Assembly: GCA_965226795.1 (NCBI GenBank)
Contig: CBDDDZ010000002.1
Location: 480,001-544,000, forward strand
Direction of reading: 5' to 3'
Origin: Candidatus Latescibacterota bacterium
GTDB lineage: Bacteria; Latescibacterota; UBA2968; GCA-2709665
Length of the DNA: 64,000 nt
Shown: positions 29,852-39,142 of the stretch, in pieces
Position numbering within the stretch: the first letter of the stretch is position 1
Layout of the letters: each line of letters opens with the position of its first letter
The notes under the pieces: generated by a model
What the model saw: the letters and a program-made list of their open reading frames with translations, nothing else
What the model was told of the DNA's origin: nothing
The model's database searches: none
Made by a program: the position numbers and the translations under genes

Positions 29852-31222
29852 ATGGGCAGGGAGTTCGATATCACGCCCCGGGACGTTCCCCTCGTGGACA
29901 CCCGATACCGGCGAATCGTCTCCAAATTGCCGCATCCGGAGTCGGTTCCCGTGCTCGAGGCGCTTCGCACCTATGAGCCGACTTCGATGCGCGGACAGCC
30001 GCCGGTCGTGTGGGATCGGGCGGAGGACGTCCAGGTTCACGACAGGTACGGAAACATGTGGCTGGATTGGAGTTCCGGGGTGCTGGTGACCAATGCGGGC
30101 CACGGGATGCCGGAGGTGCGGAATGCGATTCTGGATCAGGTCAACAACGGGCTACTGCACAGCTACGTGTTTCCCAACGCCGCGCGGGCGAGGCTCGCGG
30201 AGTTTCTGATTCGACTGGCGCCGGAGGGACTGGATAAGGTATTTCTGCTGACAACGGGTTCCGAGGCCACCGAGAATGTGATCAAACTGGCGCGTACCTG
30301 GGGAATAAGGCAGGGAGGGAACCGGAAGGTTGGGATCGTAGGATTCGAGCGGGGGTTCCACGGCCGTACGCTGGGGGCGCAGCAGGCCGGGGGGATGCCC
30401 GGGCAGAAAGACTGGATAGTAAATGCGGATCCTGCCATCGTACAGGCTGCCTTCCCGGACGGATACTGGACGGAAAATACCGATTTCGACCACTTCTGTG
30501 CGACCCTGAACGCAAAGGGGATGAAGGCCGACGACGTGGCGGGGGTGATCGTGGAGACCTACCAGGGCGTGGGCCCGGACTTTCTCCCGGTGGAATATGC
30601 GCGAGCCCTGGCCGAATGGTGCAAGGCGCACGGGGCTCTGCTGATATTCGACGAGGTCCAGGCGGGGTTCGGACGAACCGGAAGAATGTGGGGGTTCGAG
30701 CACTACGGCGTCACACCGGATCTGATCACATTCGGGAAAGGCGTGAGCAGTTCCCTGCCTCTATCGGGCGTGATCGGGCGGACGGACGTGATGGATCAAT
30801 ACTCGCCCGGTTCCATGACCAGCACCCATACCGGCAATCCGGTCTGTGCGGCGGCGGCGCTGGCCAGTCTGAAGAAAATCGTGGAGGACGACCTGGCGGG
30901 AAATGCGGCCCGGCTGGAGACGGTGATGATGGACGGCCTGCGCGCGATTCAGGCCCGTCATCCGCTCGTGATCGGCAATTGCACGGGCAAGGGGCTGGTG
31001 GCGGGGTTGCAGATGGTTAAACCGGGTCTGAAGGAGCCGGACCCGGATCTGGCATTCGACGTGGTCGAACGCTGTTTTCACAAAGGGCTGCTGTTTTTCG
31101 CGCCGGTGGGATCCTGGGGGCAGACGGTAAAGATCTCTCCGCCGCTGACCATTACCGGGGAAGCTGTGGCCGAAGGGTTGGCGGTGCTGGCCGAGTCGGT
31201 GAACGAGGCCGTGGGAGGTTGA
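29852..31222 (+). CDS. Class III PLP aminotransferase
   Basis: TGSEA, FHGRT, FDEVQAGFGRTG, FGKG. Confidence 0.9.
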   Translation: MGREFDITPRDVPLVDTRYRRIVSKLPHPESVPVLEALRTYEPTSMRGQPPVVWDRAEDVQVHDRYGNMWLDWSSGVLVTNAGHGMPEVRNAILDQVNNGLLHSYVFPNAARARLAEFLIRLAPEGLDKVFLLTTGSEATENVIKLARTWGIRQGGNRKVGIVGFERGFHGRTLGAQQAGGMPGQKDWIVNADPAIVQAAFPDGYWTENTDFDHFCATLNAKGMKADDVAGVIVETYQGVGPDFLPVEYARALAEWCKAHGALLIFDEVQAGFGRTGRMWGFEHYGVTPDLITFGKGVSSSLPLSGVIGRTDVMDQYSPGSMTSTHTGNPVCAAAALASLKKIVEDDLAGNAARLETVMMDGLRAIQARHPLVIGNCTGKGLVAGLQMVKPGLKEPDPDLAFDVVERCFHKGLLFFAPVGSWGQTVKISPPLTITGEAVAEGLAVLAESVNEAVGG

Positions 31223-31319
31223 CCTCCGGGAAGCCCTACAGGTAACACTCGGGATGAACCACTCTGAAAGGCGGGCGGGCGGGATTGTCGCTCGCCCTGT
31301 CGTGTACGGAGGAACCTCA

Positions 31320-32507
31320 ATGGATTTGTACGAGAAGTACCGGTTGACTCGCGTCATCAACGCCTGTGGTAAAATGACGCATCTGGCGGGGGCGATCGTG
31401 CTGCCTGAAGTGGTTGAATCGGTTACGCAGGCGATGGGCCAATTCTACGATCTGGATGAACTCCAGGATCGCGCGGGAGAGGTGATCGCACGTGCCACGG
31501 GCGCTCAGTGGGGGTGCGTGACCGCATGTACGGCTGCGGGCATATCCCTGGGTGTGGCGGCCACGATGACCGGAAACGATCTCGGCCGGGTCTGGCAACT
31601 ACCCGACACAACCGGAATGGCCAACGAGGTTGTGATTCAGAAGGGCCACGCGGTGAACTTCGGAGCGCCGGTGACGCAGGTGATCCGGCTGGCCGGCGCC
31701 GTCGCCGTGGAGATCGGCACAGTGCACCGTTCCACCGAGGAGCACCTCAGGCACGCTATCGGAGACCGGACGGCGGCGGTGGTTTTCGTGGTGTCGCACC
31801 ATACCGTCCGGTACGGCGCCCTGCCACTGACGCGGGTCGTCGAGATCGCGCACGAGTACGGCGTCCCCGTGGTCGTCGACGGGGCGGCCCAATCGTTTCT
31901 GATCAGAAAGATCGTGGACACGGGGGCGGACCTTGTGATCTGCAGTGGGCACAAGTATCTCTCCGGCACCACTGCCGGCGTGGTCTGCGGCCGGAAGGAT
32001 CTGGTGCGGGCGCTGAACCTTCAGAACCGCGGGATCGGGAGGCCGATGAAGGTGGGCAAGGAGGGAATCGTGGGCGCGATGGCGGCGCTGGAGTACCGGA
32101 TGCGACTGGACGTGGCTGGCTGGGAGGCGGAACAGAACCGGAAGATGAAGCGGGTGATGGCGCGCCTCGACGGCATAGACGGCATCGGTCTCGGTGTGGA
32201 TCCGGATCCCAACGGCAATCCGTTCAGTCGCGCTCGGGTCACTGTGGATGCGAAGAGAACGGGATTGAGCGCCGCCGTGATCAACCTCGCGATGATGGAG
32301 GGTGATCCATCCATCCGGCTTCGCGCGCACCATACGGCTGAGGGATATTTCACCGTGGATGCGATGGAGATGACGGACGAAGAGGTGGGATTGACGTGCG
32401 ATCGGCTGGTGGGGATGCTCAAGGCGGGGCCCGCCGAAAAAGCGCAGCTGATGGAAAGATTCGGCGACGAGGCCACGGTGGCCGCGCAATGGTCCTGGCT
32501 GCGCTAA
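31320..32507 (+). CDS. SelA-like PLP enzyme (DgaE / D-glucosaminate-6-P ammonia-lyase family)
   Basis: RVINACGKMT, VDGAA, SGHKYL, GIGRPMKVGKEGI. Confidence 0.8.
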   Translation: MDLYEKYRLTRVINACGKMTHLAGAIVLPEVVESVTQAMGQFYDLDELQDRAGEVIARATGAQWGCVTACTAAGISLGVAATMTGNDLGRVWQLPDTTGMANEVVIQKGHAVNFGAPVTQVIRLAGAVAVEIGTVHRSTEEHLRHAIGDRTAAVVFVVSHHTVRYGALPLTRVVEIAHEYGVPVVVDGAAQSFLIRKIVDTGADLVICSGHKYLSGTTAGVVCGRKDLVRALNLQNRGIGRPMKVGKEGIVGAMAALEYRMRLDVAGWEAEQNRKMKRVMARLDGIDGIGLGVDPDPNGNPFSRARVTVDAKRTGLSAAVINLAMMEGDPSIRLRAHHTAEGYFTVDAMEMTDEEVGLTCDRLVGMLKAGPAEKAQLMERFGDEATVAAQWSWLR

Positions 32508-32509
32508 CT

Positions 32510-33760
32510 TCAAGAGCTCGCATTGAGGGGGCCGTCGCCGAACATTCGGGCTATGTCATTTCGGATGTCCCGTTCGGTCAGGGGCCAGCCGGCGTGCATC
32601 AACGCTTCGTACCTCCGGACGAATACCGGCGCAATGGCTTTGATGGAATGGGTCCATTTGTAGAGCAGCTGGTCCAGGACACGGGCGTCGGAATGTTGAG
32701 GCACGAAGCCGGTTCCGAGCATTTCAAGGCGTTCGGCCGTGATTTCCCGGATAATGCTGGGGTTGTTCAAAAACCACCAGCAGCCGAAGGGGAGAATATT
32801 GGGGAATTTTCGGGCGGCCACGCAGAGTTCGTGCTGGTTCTCGCGAGAAAGCAGGGTGACGAGGAAGTTCACGTCGGGCCATTCGCGCGCGATGTTCTCC
32901 AGAACGGTAACGTCCCATTTTCCCGAACCGTCGCCCCCGTCCTGCAACAGGGGGTTGACTCCCCGTCTGACGCCGACCATCAGGGCCGCGGGAATCCCTC
33001 GCTCCCGGGCGCTGGGATAGACCGCCGCGCGCAGCAGGGTCGCAACGGGGGAATCGGACGGATAGGCGAAGTCAGGCGGGAGGGAGATGGCCAGGTAACG
33101 GGCATCCATTCGCGCGATCCAATCGTCGAGATAACGGCGAAGTTCGGCGATCGTCCGGGCGGATAGACCCGTTTCCACATCGTAACCCAGCGCCCTTAAT
33201 TTCACGACAGGCGTGGGCCAGTCTGCCAGGGCGCTGTCCAGCCGGAGGGCGGCTTCAAAACGGGGGTCGCGCTCGAATCCGGTCTCCCAAACGGGACCCT
33301 CCAGGTCGTCCAGGGGATCGTTGGTCATAAAGACGCGCGCGACACCGGACTTCCTGAAGATAAGGTCGACGTAGTCTTCCGGGTCTGTCCGGGAGAAGAA
33401 GGCGCGGAATTCGGCCAGGCTGTCCGCCCTGGGGTTCAGACCCAGCCCCGACATAACGGTAACCACGCCCTGTTGGGCTTCCGATAGCGGACTGCCGTCG
33501 CCTGCGAAGAGGGTGCGCCAGACGACGTCGGCCTGGCGCGGTTTCGGCAAGGCGTTGAACTGTGCGACGGTGATTTCAGGGGGAAGCTGACGGCAGGCTT
33601 CGGCTTTCAGGTAGTGGTAGGTAAGGAGTTCGTCGGGGCCCATCAGACAGAGCGGACCCATTTGAGTTGGATAAAGGTGGGTATGGATGTCGACAATCGA
33701 TTGATTCTCGAAAGCGCTGGCGACCCCGTCGCTCACGGAGAAGCCGGTAGGGGATGACAT
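32510..33760 (-). CDS. uxaC: Uronate (glucuronate) isomerase, amidohydrolase superfamily
   Basis: DIHTHL, LLTYHYL, MTNDP, GCWWF, QHSDARVLDQL. Confidence 0.8.
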   Translation of the reverse strand: MSSPTGFSVSDGVASAFENQSIVDIHTHLYPTQMGPLCLMGPDELLTYHYLKAEACRQLPPEITVAQFNALPKPRQADVVWRTLFAGDGSPLSEAQQGVVTVMSGLGLNPRADSLAEFRAFFSRTDPEDYVDLIFRKSGVARVFMTNDPLDDLEGPVWETGFERDPRFEAALRLDSALADWPTPVVKLRALGYDVETGLSARTIAELRRYLDDWIARMDARYLAISLPPDFAYPSDSPVATLLRAAVYPSARERGIPAALMVGVRRGVNPLLQDGGDGSGKWDVTVLENIAREWPDVNFLVTLLSRENQHELCVAARKFPNILPFGCWWFLNNPSIIREITAERLEMLGTGFVPQHSDARVLDQLLYKWTHSIKAIAPVFVRRYEALMHAGWPLTERDIRNDIARMFGDGPLNASS

Positions 33761-33851
33761 GACATTTCCTCTTATGCAGAGCCGCACCCGGTTGGAGGGA
33801 GAACGCGGGCAGTTCGCGGAGCGGGTTGACGAAGGAAACCGCCACCGGCTT

Positions 33852-34820
33852 TCAAGCCTGCTGGATGAGGTAACCCCTTTCCTTATCTACCACGTTCAGA
33901 AGGGGTTCTTCAGAAAGATAGCGTCGCAGGTTTTCCTTAAAGACCCGAAGGACGTTTTCGCGGCCCTCGGGGGAGTATCCGCCGGAGTGGGGAGCGAACA
34001 CGACGTTGGGCATGTCCCACAGCGGGCTGGCGTCAGGGAGCGGTTCTTCCTCGAAGACGTCCAGGCCGGCGCCGGCGATACGTTTCTCCTGGAGGGCCCG
34101 GATCAGGTCGGCTTCGTTGACGATGGGTCCGCGCGCGATATTGACCAGAAAGGCCGTTTCTTTCATCCGGCTGAAGCAGGACCTGTCGATGAGTCCCAGT
34201 GTGTTTTCGGTCTGCGGGAGCGCCACCACAACGTAGTCCGCGTCGGCAAGGGCGTTGAGCATCTCATCCGGTCTGTAAAGGCGTCGCACATCGGAAGGCG
34301 GCGTTTCGACCTGGGCGTCCACGGCCGTCACGGTGAGTCCGAGGGCGTGGAGCCGGGTGGCGACACTGCGTCCGATGGAGCCCAGCCCCAGCACGCAGGC
34401 GGCCTTGCCGGCGATCTGCGTGACCTTATCTCTATGCTGGTTCCAGGTGCGGTCTTTCCGGTCGCGTTCGAAGTACAAGAGACCGCGGGCGTGAACTAAC
34501 ATGAACGCGAGCGCGGATTCGGCCATGGCGGCGTCGAAGGCGCCGGCGGTGTTGGTGATGACCACGCCGCTCTCGATCATTTCCGGGTAGAGCATGGTCT
34601 CGAATCCCACGCCGATACTCTGTACCCATCGAAGTCTTCCGGCTTTGAGAAAGGGGCCTCGCGGCAGGCGGCCGAAGACGACTTCGGCATCCGTAATTTC
34701 TCGCAATAAATCACCGTGTGAATGCGCGGCGACCGCCTCCACGCGCGGTGAGACGGATTCCAGCTGTTCCCGCCATTCTGTCCAGGGTCCGGCCATGATG
34801 ACAACTTTCACCGTGTCCAT
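33852..34820 (-). CDS. D-2-hydroxyacid dehydrogenase
   Basis: GLGSIG, VNIARG, LDVFEEEP, PH. Confidence 0.9.
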   Translation of the reverse strand: MDTVKVVIMAGPWTEWREQLESVSPRVEAVAAHSHGDLLREITDAEVVFGRLPRGPFLKAGRLRWVQSIGVGFETMLYPEMIESGVVITNTAGAFDAAMAESALAFMLVHARGLLYFERDRKDRTWNQHRDKVTQIAGKAACVLGLGSIGRSVATRLHALGLTVTAVDAQVETPPSDVRRLYRPDEMLNALADADYVVVALPQTENTLGLIDRSCFSRMKETAFLVNIARGPIVNEADLIRALQEKRIAGAGLDVFEEEPLPDASPLWDMPNVVFAPHSGGYSPEGRENVLRVFKENLRRYLSEEPLLNVVDKERGYLIQQA

Positions 34821-35325
34821 TGCAGTCCTTTTTCGAAGAGCGAAATTATCAGAAACATGGCGAACGGCGCCAGCCCGCTCAGCCGCGAGTTAGAGCGCGG
34901 CCCGGCCCCGCCGGCAAAGACTATAGCGTAAGCGTGATGGGTAGTAGTATATTCCTTTCGGCGGCGCAAGTCAAGAATCGGAAAACGTCAGAGCGCCTGG
35001 GCCAGGGTCTACTTGTCAAATATTTTTTCGAAAAACGCCGGAAATCCGTTTCGAGCCGTTGCCGTGCGTGGGACATGCGGGGCGCTCGCGCCGATCGGAG
35101 TCTATAGCCGCGGCCATGAATTAGACAAAAACGGGATATTTTTTCGATAGCTTGTTGCCAATTGCTACGATTTTACTATATTGGTATAGGGACTGTCGCA
35201 ATTTAGATAACCCGGCGTATTGTCCCCCGAGGGACCTCATTCCCGATTTGTCGCCGGCAAGCCCTCCCCAGATTCGAATTCCGCCCGTAAGGAATCCTGT
35301 CACAATAGAATAGGAGATACTGCCT

Positions 35326-35394
35326 ATGGTGACGAAGGAGGAGTTGGTTGTACAGCCTTCTGTCGCGAGACAATTCGGTTTGTGTAGTCTGTGA
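35326..35394 (+). CDS. Candidate 22-aa small ORF in the TBDT leader
   Basis: AGGAG 9 nt upstream of ATG; MVTKEELVVQPSVARQFGLCSL. Confidence 0.3.
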   Translation: MVTKEELVVQPSVARQFGLCSL

Positions 35395-35550
35395 ATCCGG
35401 GTCTTTTGCTCAACGCAAGATGATTCTGTACGGGTCTTCGTGAACTGACTATGTCATTAATGAAATAGGTGCTACCGGCCGCTATCAGGGCTGAGACGAT
35501 TGAATCAGAAGCCCGTTTTCCGAAACCCGAAACATTAAGGAATTCCTGCA

Positions 35551-38163
35551 ATGACGTTCCGTTCCAAGATTAAGATGACGAAGGGCGTTTTAGGATCCGT
35601 TGCGCTTGCAGTCGCCCTCCTTCATTCCATGGCAGGTGTCTCGGTATCTCAGGAAGCCGAGGCTACCACCAACGCCGATTCCATGGAAATCATACTCGAT
35701 GAAATTATAGAACTTGAGGAGCTTGTCGTGATCGGCTCACGGAGGCCGCGCTCGGTGGCGAAATCCGTCGTGCCTATCGATGTGTTCACCGCTGAGGATT
35801 TCATCAAGCAGGGCGGCTCGGATCTAACCGATCTGATGCGAAACGTCATCCCCTCATACAACGTCAACACCCAACCGATCAGCGACGCGGGATCGGTTGT
35901 CCGGCCCCCGAACCTTCGGGGCCTGGCGCCCGACCACGCGTTGTTACTCGTCAACGGCAAGCGCCGCCACCGTGCCGCCGTGATTCACTGGCTGGGCAAC
36001 GGCGTCTCCGATGGCGCTCAGGGGCCCGACCTGACGGCCATCCCGGCAATCGCTCTCAAGCGGGTGGAGGTCCTCCGAGACGGCGCTTCGGCCCAATATG
36101 GATCTGATGCCATTGCGGGTGTGTTGGACTTCCGCCTGAAAGACAACTACAAGGGAATGGCCGCGAACATCAAGGTGGGCAGTTTCCAGGATGGGAAGGG
36201 TAAGTTCCTTGGCGACGGCGAGAATTTCACGGCCGCCTTCAATGTTGGCGTGGGCAATGAGAAGACGTGGGCAAACCTCAGCCTGGAATACGGCAACACG
36301 GGCGAAACCATTCGCTCGCTGCAGCGGACCGACGCCATAAATCTGATCTCGGCGGGCAATTTAGAAGTGGCCGATCCCGCCCAGATCTGGGGGCAGCCCT
36401 TCATTCGCGACGACCTGAAATTTTTCGCCAACTACGGCGCCAACCTCGGTGAGAGCACCGATTTCTACGGTCACGCGAATTATGCCAATAAGGAAACGGA
36501 AGGCGGGTTCTATTTCCGGAATCCCCATACGCGCAGCGGCGTCTTCAAGGGGCCGTTGCTCGATCTGGATGGAGATGGCGAACCCGAGACGGAATCTCTC
36601 CTGGTTGGCGATCTGGACGGCGTCGGACAGGGCGGCGAATGCCCCGATGTACCCATCAACAATCACGTTCCGGATCAGAATGCGTGGCTGCAGGTTCGGG
36701 ATAACCCCAATTGCTTCTCCTTCCTGAAGATGTTCCCCGGCGGCTTCACGCCCCGATTCGGCGCATTTACAACGGATGAATCCGTCCTGCTCGGCGTGAA
36801 GGGCAAGGGTATCGGGCAACAGGATCTGGCATCGTGGGACCTGAGCATGTCCTACGGCCGTCACGAGGCGGATTACTTCATCTTCAACACGGTGAACGCA
36901 TCGATGGGGCCCGCCACGCCCACGTATTTCGATCCGGGCACCTACATTCAATCGGACGTCAACCTGGACTTCGGCGTGACGTACCCCGTGAACGCCGAGG
37001 TCTTCCTCGCTGCCGGTCTTGAATATCGTAAAGAGACATTCGAGATCGTTGAGGGGCAGATCGAGTCCTACATTATCGGCCAGCCGCTGGCCAGCCAGGG
37101 ATTTCAACCGGCGACGAACGGGTTTTCGGGGTTCAGTAAAGTGGCCGCCGGCAGATGGGGTCGATCCAACACGGCCGTGTACGCGGAGGGCGATGTCCAG
37201 CCCACCGACAACTGGTCGCTTGCCCTTGCCCTGCGCTACGAGAATTTCGAAGACTTCGGCGCCACCTCCAACTATAAGGTCGCCACCAACTTCGGCGTTA
37301 CCGATGACTTGAGGCTGCGCGGCAGTTACAGCACCGGATTCAGGGCGCCCACCCCGGGCCAGCAAAACGCCTTCAACATCACCACGGAGTTCGACTTCGA
37401 GAAGAACGACCTGGTGAACAACGGAACGGTTCCCTCCACCAGCCGCGCGGCTGCGTTGAAGGGGGCCAGGCCTCTGGATTCCGAGACGTCCAAGAACATC
37501 TCGCTGGGTGTCGTTGTGGGTTTGGGCAAAGCAAGTATCACGGTCGACTATTTCAACATCAAGGTAAACGACCGTCTGACGGTCTCGCAGGACTTTTCGC
37601 TTTCCGATACGGAGCGGGAACAGCTCATCAAGGAGGGTATCACCAGCGCGGCGGGCCTGCAGGAATTCCGCTTCTTCACCAACGACTTCGATTCCCGAAC
37701 CCAGGGGGTGGACGTGGTGTTCTCGGTGCCCGTGGGTTTGGGCAAGATGAATGTCGCCTACAACTACACGGGTACGAAGGTTACGGACTTCAACCCGGAA
37801 ATTCTGAACGATGACCGGATCAAGGAACTGGAGGAGAACCTTCCCAAGCAACGCGGGAATCTGACCCTTACCCAGACGCTCACGAGTCGCTGGGACGTGC
37901 TGGGCCGCGTCAGCTACTTCGGCGAGTGGTACGATTCCGAAGACGATCAGCTCTATAGTGGCAAGGTTCTGCTCGACCTTGAAACCAGCGTCTCGTTCGA
38001 CGACTACAGGTCGACCATTGCGATCGGGGCGCAGAACATCCTCAATACCTATCCCGACGAACACAAGTTGGCCCGGGAAAGGACAGGCAACAAGTACAGC
38101 CAGTTCAGCCCGTTCGGTTTCGGCGGCGCGTTCTGGTACGCGAAATACAGCTTCAACTATTAG
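35551..38163 (+). CDS. TonB-dependent receptor
   Basis: Signal peptide, ELVVIGSR, LVNGKRRH, RVEVLRDGASAQYGSDAIAGV plug motif, aromatic C-terminus. Confidence 0.93.
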   Translation: MTFRSKIKMTKGVLGSVALAVALLHSMAGVSVSQEAEATTNADSMEIILDEIIELEELVVIGSRRPRSVAKSVVPIDVFTAEDFIKQGGSDLTDLMRNVIPSYNVNTQPISDAGSVVRPPNLRGLAPDHALLLVNGKRRHRAAVIHWLGNGVSDGAQGPDLTAIPAIALKRVEVLRDGASAQYGSDAIAGVLDFRLKDNYKGMAANIKVGSFQDGKGKFLGDGENFTAAFNVGVGNEKTWANLSLEYGNTGETIRSLQRTDAINLISAGNLEVADPAQIWGQPFIRDDLKFFANYGANLGESTDFYGHANYANKETEGGFYFRNPHTRSGVFKGPLLDLDGDGEPETESLLVGDLDGVGQGGECPDVPINNHVPDQNAWLQVRDNPNCFSFLKMFPGGFTPRFGAFTTDESVLLGVKGKGIGQQDLASWDLSMSYGRHEADYFIFNTVNASMGPATPTYFDPGTYIQSDVNLDFGVTYPVNAEVFLAAGLEYRKETFEIVEGQIESYIIGQPLASQGFQPATNGFSGFSKVAAGRWGRSNTAVYAEGDVQPTDNWSLALALRYENFEDFGATSNYKVATNFGVTDDLRLRGSYSTGFRAPTPGQQNAFNITTEFDFEKNDLVNNGTVPSTSRAAALKGARPLDSETSKNISLGVVVGLGKASITVDYFNIKVNDRLTVSQDFSLSDTEREQLIKEGITSAAGLQEFRFFTNDFDSRTQGVDVVFSVPVGLGKMNVAYNYTGTKVTDFNPEILNDDRIKELEENLPKQRGNLTLTQTLTSRWDVLGRVSYFGEWYDSEDDQLYSGKVLLDLETSVSFDDYRSTIAIGAQNILNTYPDEHKLARERTGNKYSQFSPFGFGGAFWYAKYSFNY

Positions 38164-38232
38164 GTCGTCGTTGGCGAACCGGAACAACGCGGGCGGGACC
38201 GCCGCGTCGGTTCACTTCGAACATAACACAAG

Positions 38233-38272
38233 AAAACGCAACGGCAGGATGTGCTGCCGTTGCGTTTTTTTT
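38233..38272. terminator. Probably bidirectional intrinsic terminator
   Basis: AAAACGCAACGGCAG-loop-CTGCCGTTGCGTTTTTTTT between convergent genes. Confidence 0.8.
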
Positions 38273-38304
38273 GGCGCGTTTCGGCGGGATGGCGTGGAAC
38301 CTTG

Positions 38305-39114
38305 TCAGCTTAGGAGGGTCGAATCCGTTCCGTTGGCGGTGTAGACGACCGGGCAGTAGTCCGGCCTATGGATGAACTGGGCGAGGGTGCCTTCCGGTTG
38401 GGAGACGGGGCAGGACTTTTCCGTACGCATATGGATGGCAAAGCTCCGCCGCGGCGCGCCGGAGCGGTTGGGGCGGCTGCCGTGGAACGTAAGACAATGG
38501 TGGAACGAGACCCCGCCGGGCGGCAGGATGGCTTCCACCTCCCGCCACGATGCGCCGGGGGGAAGCGTGATTTGCTCGCGCTGGATCTCGATGTCGTCGA
38601 AGTAAAAATCGCCTTGGTTGAGCAGACCCCACTTGTGGGAGCCCTTCACGAAGACCATGGGGCCAGTGTCAGGTCCCACGTCGGAAACGGCGACCCAAGC
38701 GGTGAACAGATCGCTGCCCTCCTTCCAGGCTTTCCAGTACTGCCGGTCCTGGTGCCAGCCGACGCTCACGCCGGATCCCGAATCCGTTCTCGCGGGGGGC
38801 TTGGAAAGGAGTTGGACCCACCAGACCTGGACCTTTTTTGCACCGGTGACTTCCGCGGCAAGCCTGCCGAGGGCGGGATGGCTGACCAGCTCCATAATGG
38901 CGCTATTGGCAAGCTGGGGCATTTCGACTTTGGCCAGCTTATTGGGGTCGTCGCCGGGGTTCCAGTACGAGGACTGTGGGGGAATGCCGGTTTCGTACTG
39001 GCCCGCCAGCACATCGTCCATTCCCTTCATCGCGCGACGGACGAGGTCTTCGGGAATTACGGGCCGGTAGTGGATGACGTAGCCGTCCCTCTGGAAATCT
39101 GTGTAACGTGACAT
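38305..39114 (-). CDS. Phytanoyl-CoA dioxygenase (PhyH) family Fe/2OG dioxygenase
   Basis: WHQD, GSHKW, HHCLTFHGS.PN. Confidence 0.88.
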   Translation of the reverse strand: MSRYTDFQRDGYVIHYRPVIPEDLVRRAMKGMDDVLAGQYETGIPPQSSYWNPGDDPNKLAKVEMPQLANSAIMELVSHPALGRLAAEVTGAKKVQVWWVQLLSKPPARTDSGSGVSVGWHQDRQYWKAWKEGSDLFTAWVAVSDVGPDTGPMVFVKGSHKWGLLNQGDFYFDDIEIQREQITLPPGASWREVEAILPPGGVSFHHCLTFHGSRPNRSGAPRRSFAIHMRTEKSCPVSQPEGTLAQFIHRPDYCPVVYTANGTDSTLLS

Positions 39115-39142
39115 GGGATGCTCCTTGAGGCCCTCCGTCCGT

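Noticed and set aside
31320..32507. Selenocysteine synthase selA
   Set aside because: Lacks the SelA N-terminal domain; no selB/selC nearby; motifs fit the DgaE-like family
35465..35545. TPP-riboswitch-like words (GGTGC...GCTGAGA...ACCCG) upstream of the TBDT
   Set aside because: The downstream CCTGA..TAA..GCG.AGG core is missing; needs an Rfam scan
36361..38187. Long antisense ORFs (608 aa here; also 45528-47381, 40738-42183, 2800-4050)
   Set aside because: Shadows of well-supported genes in high-GC DNA; no recognisable motifs
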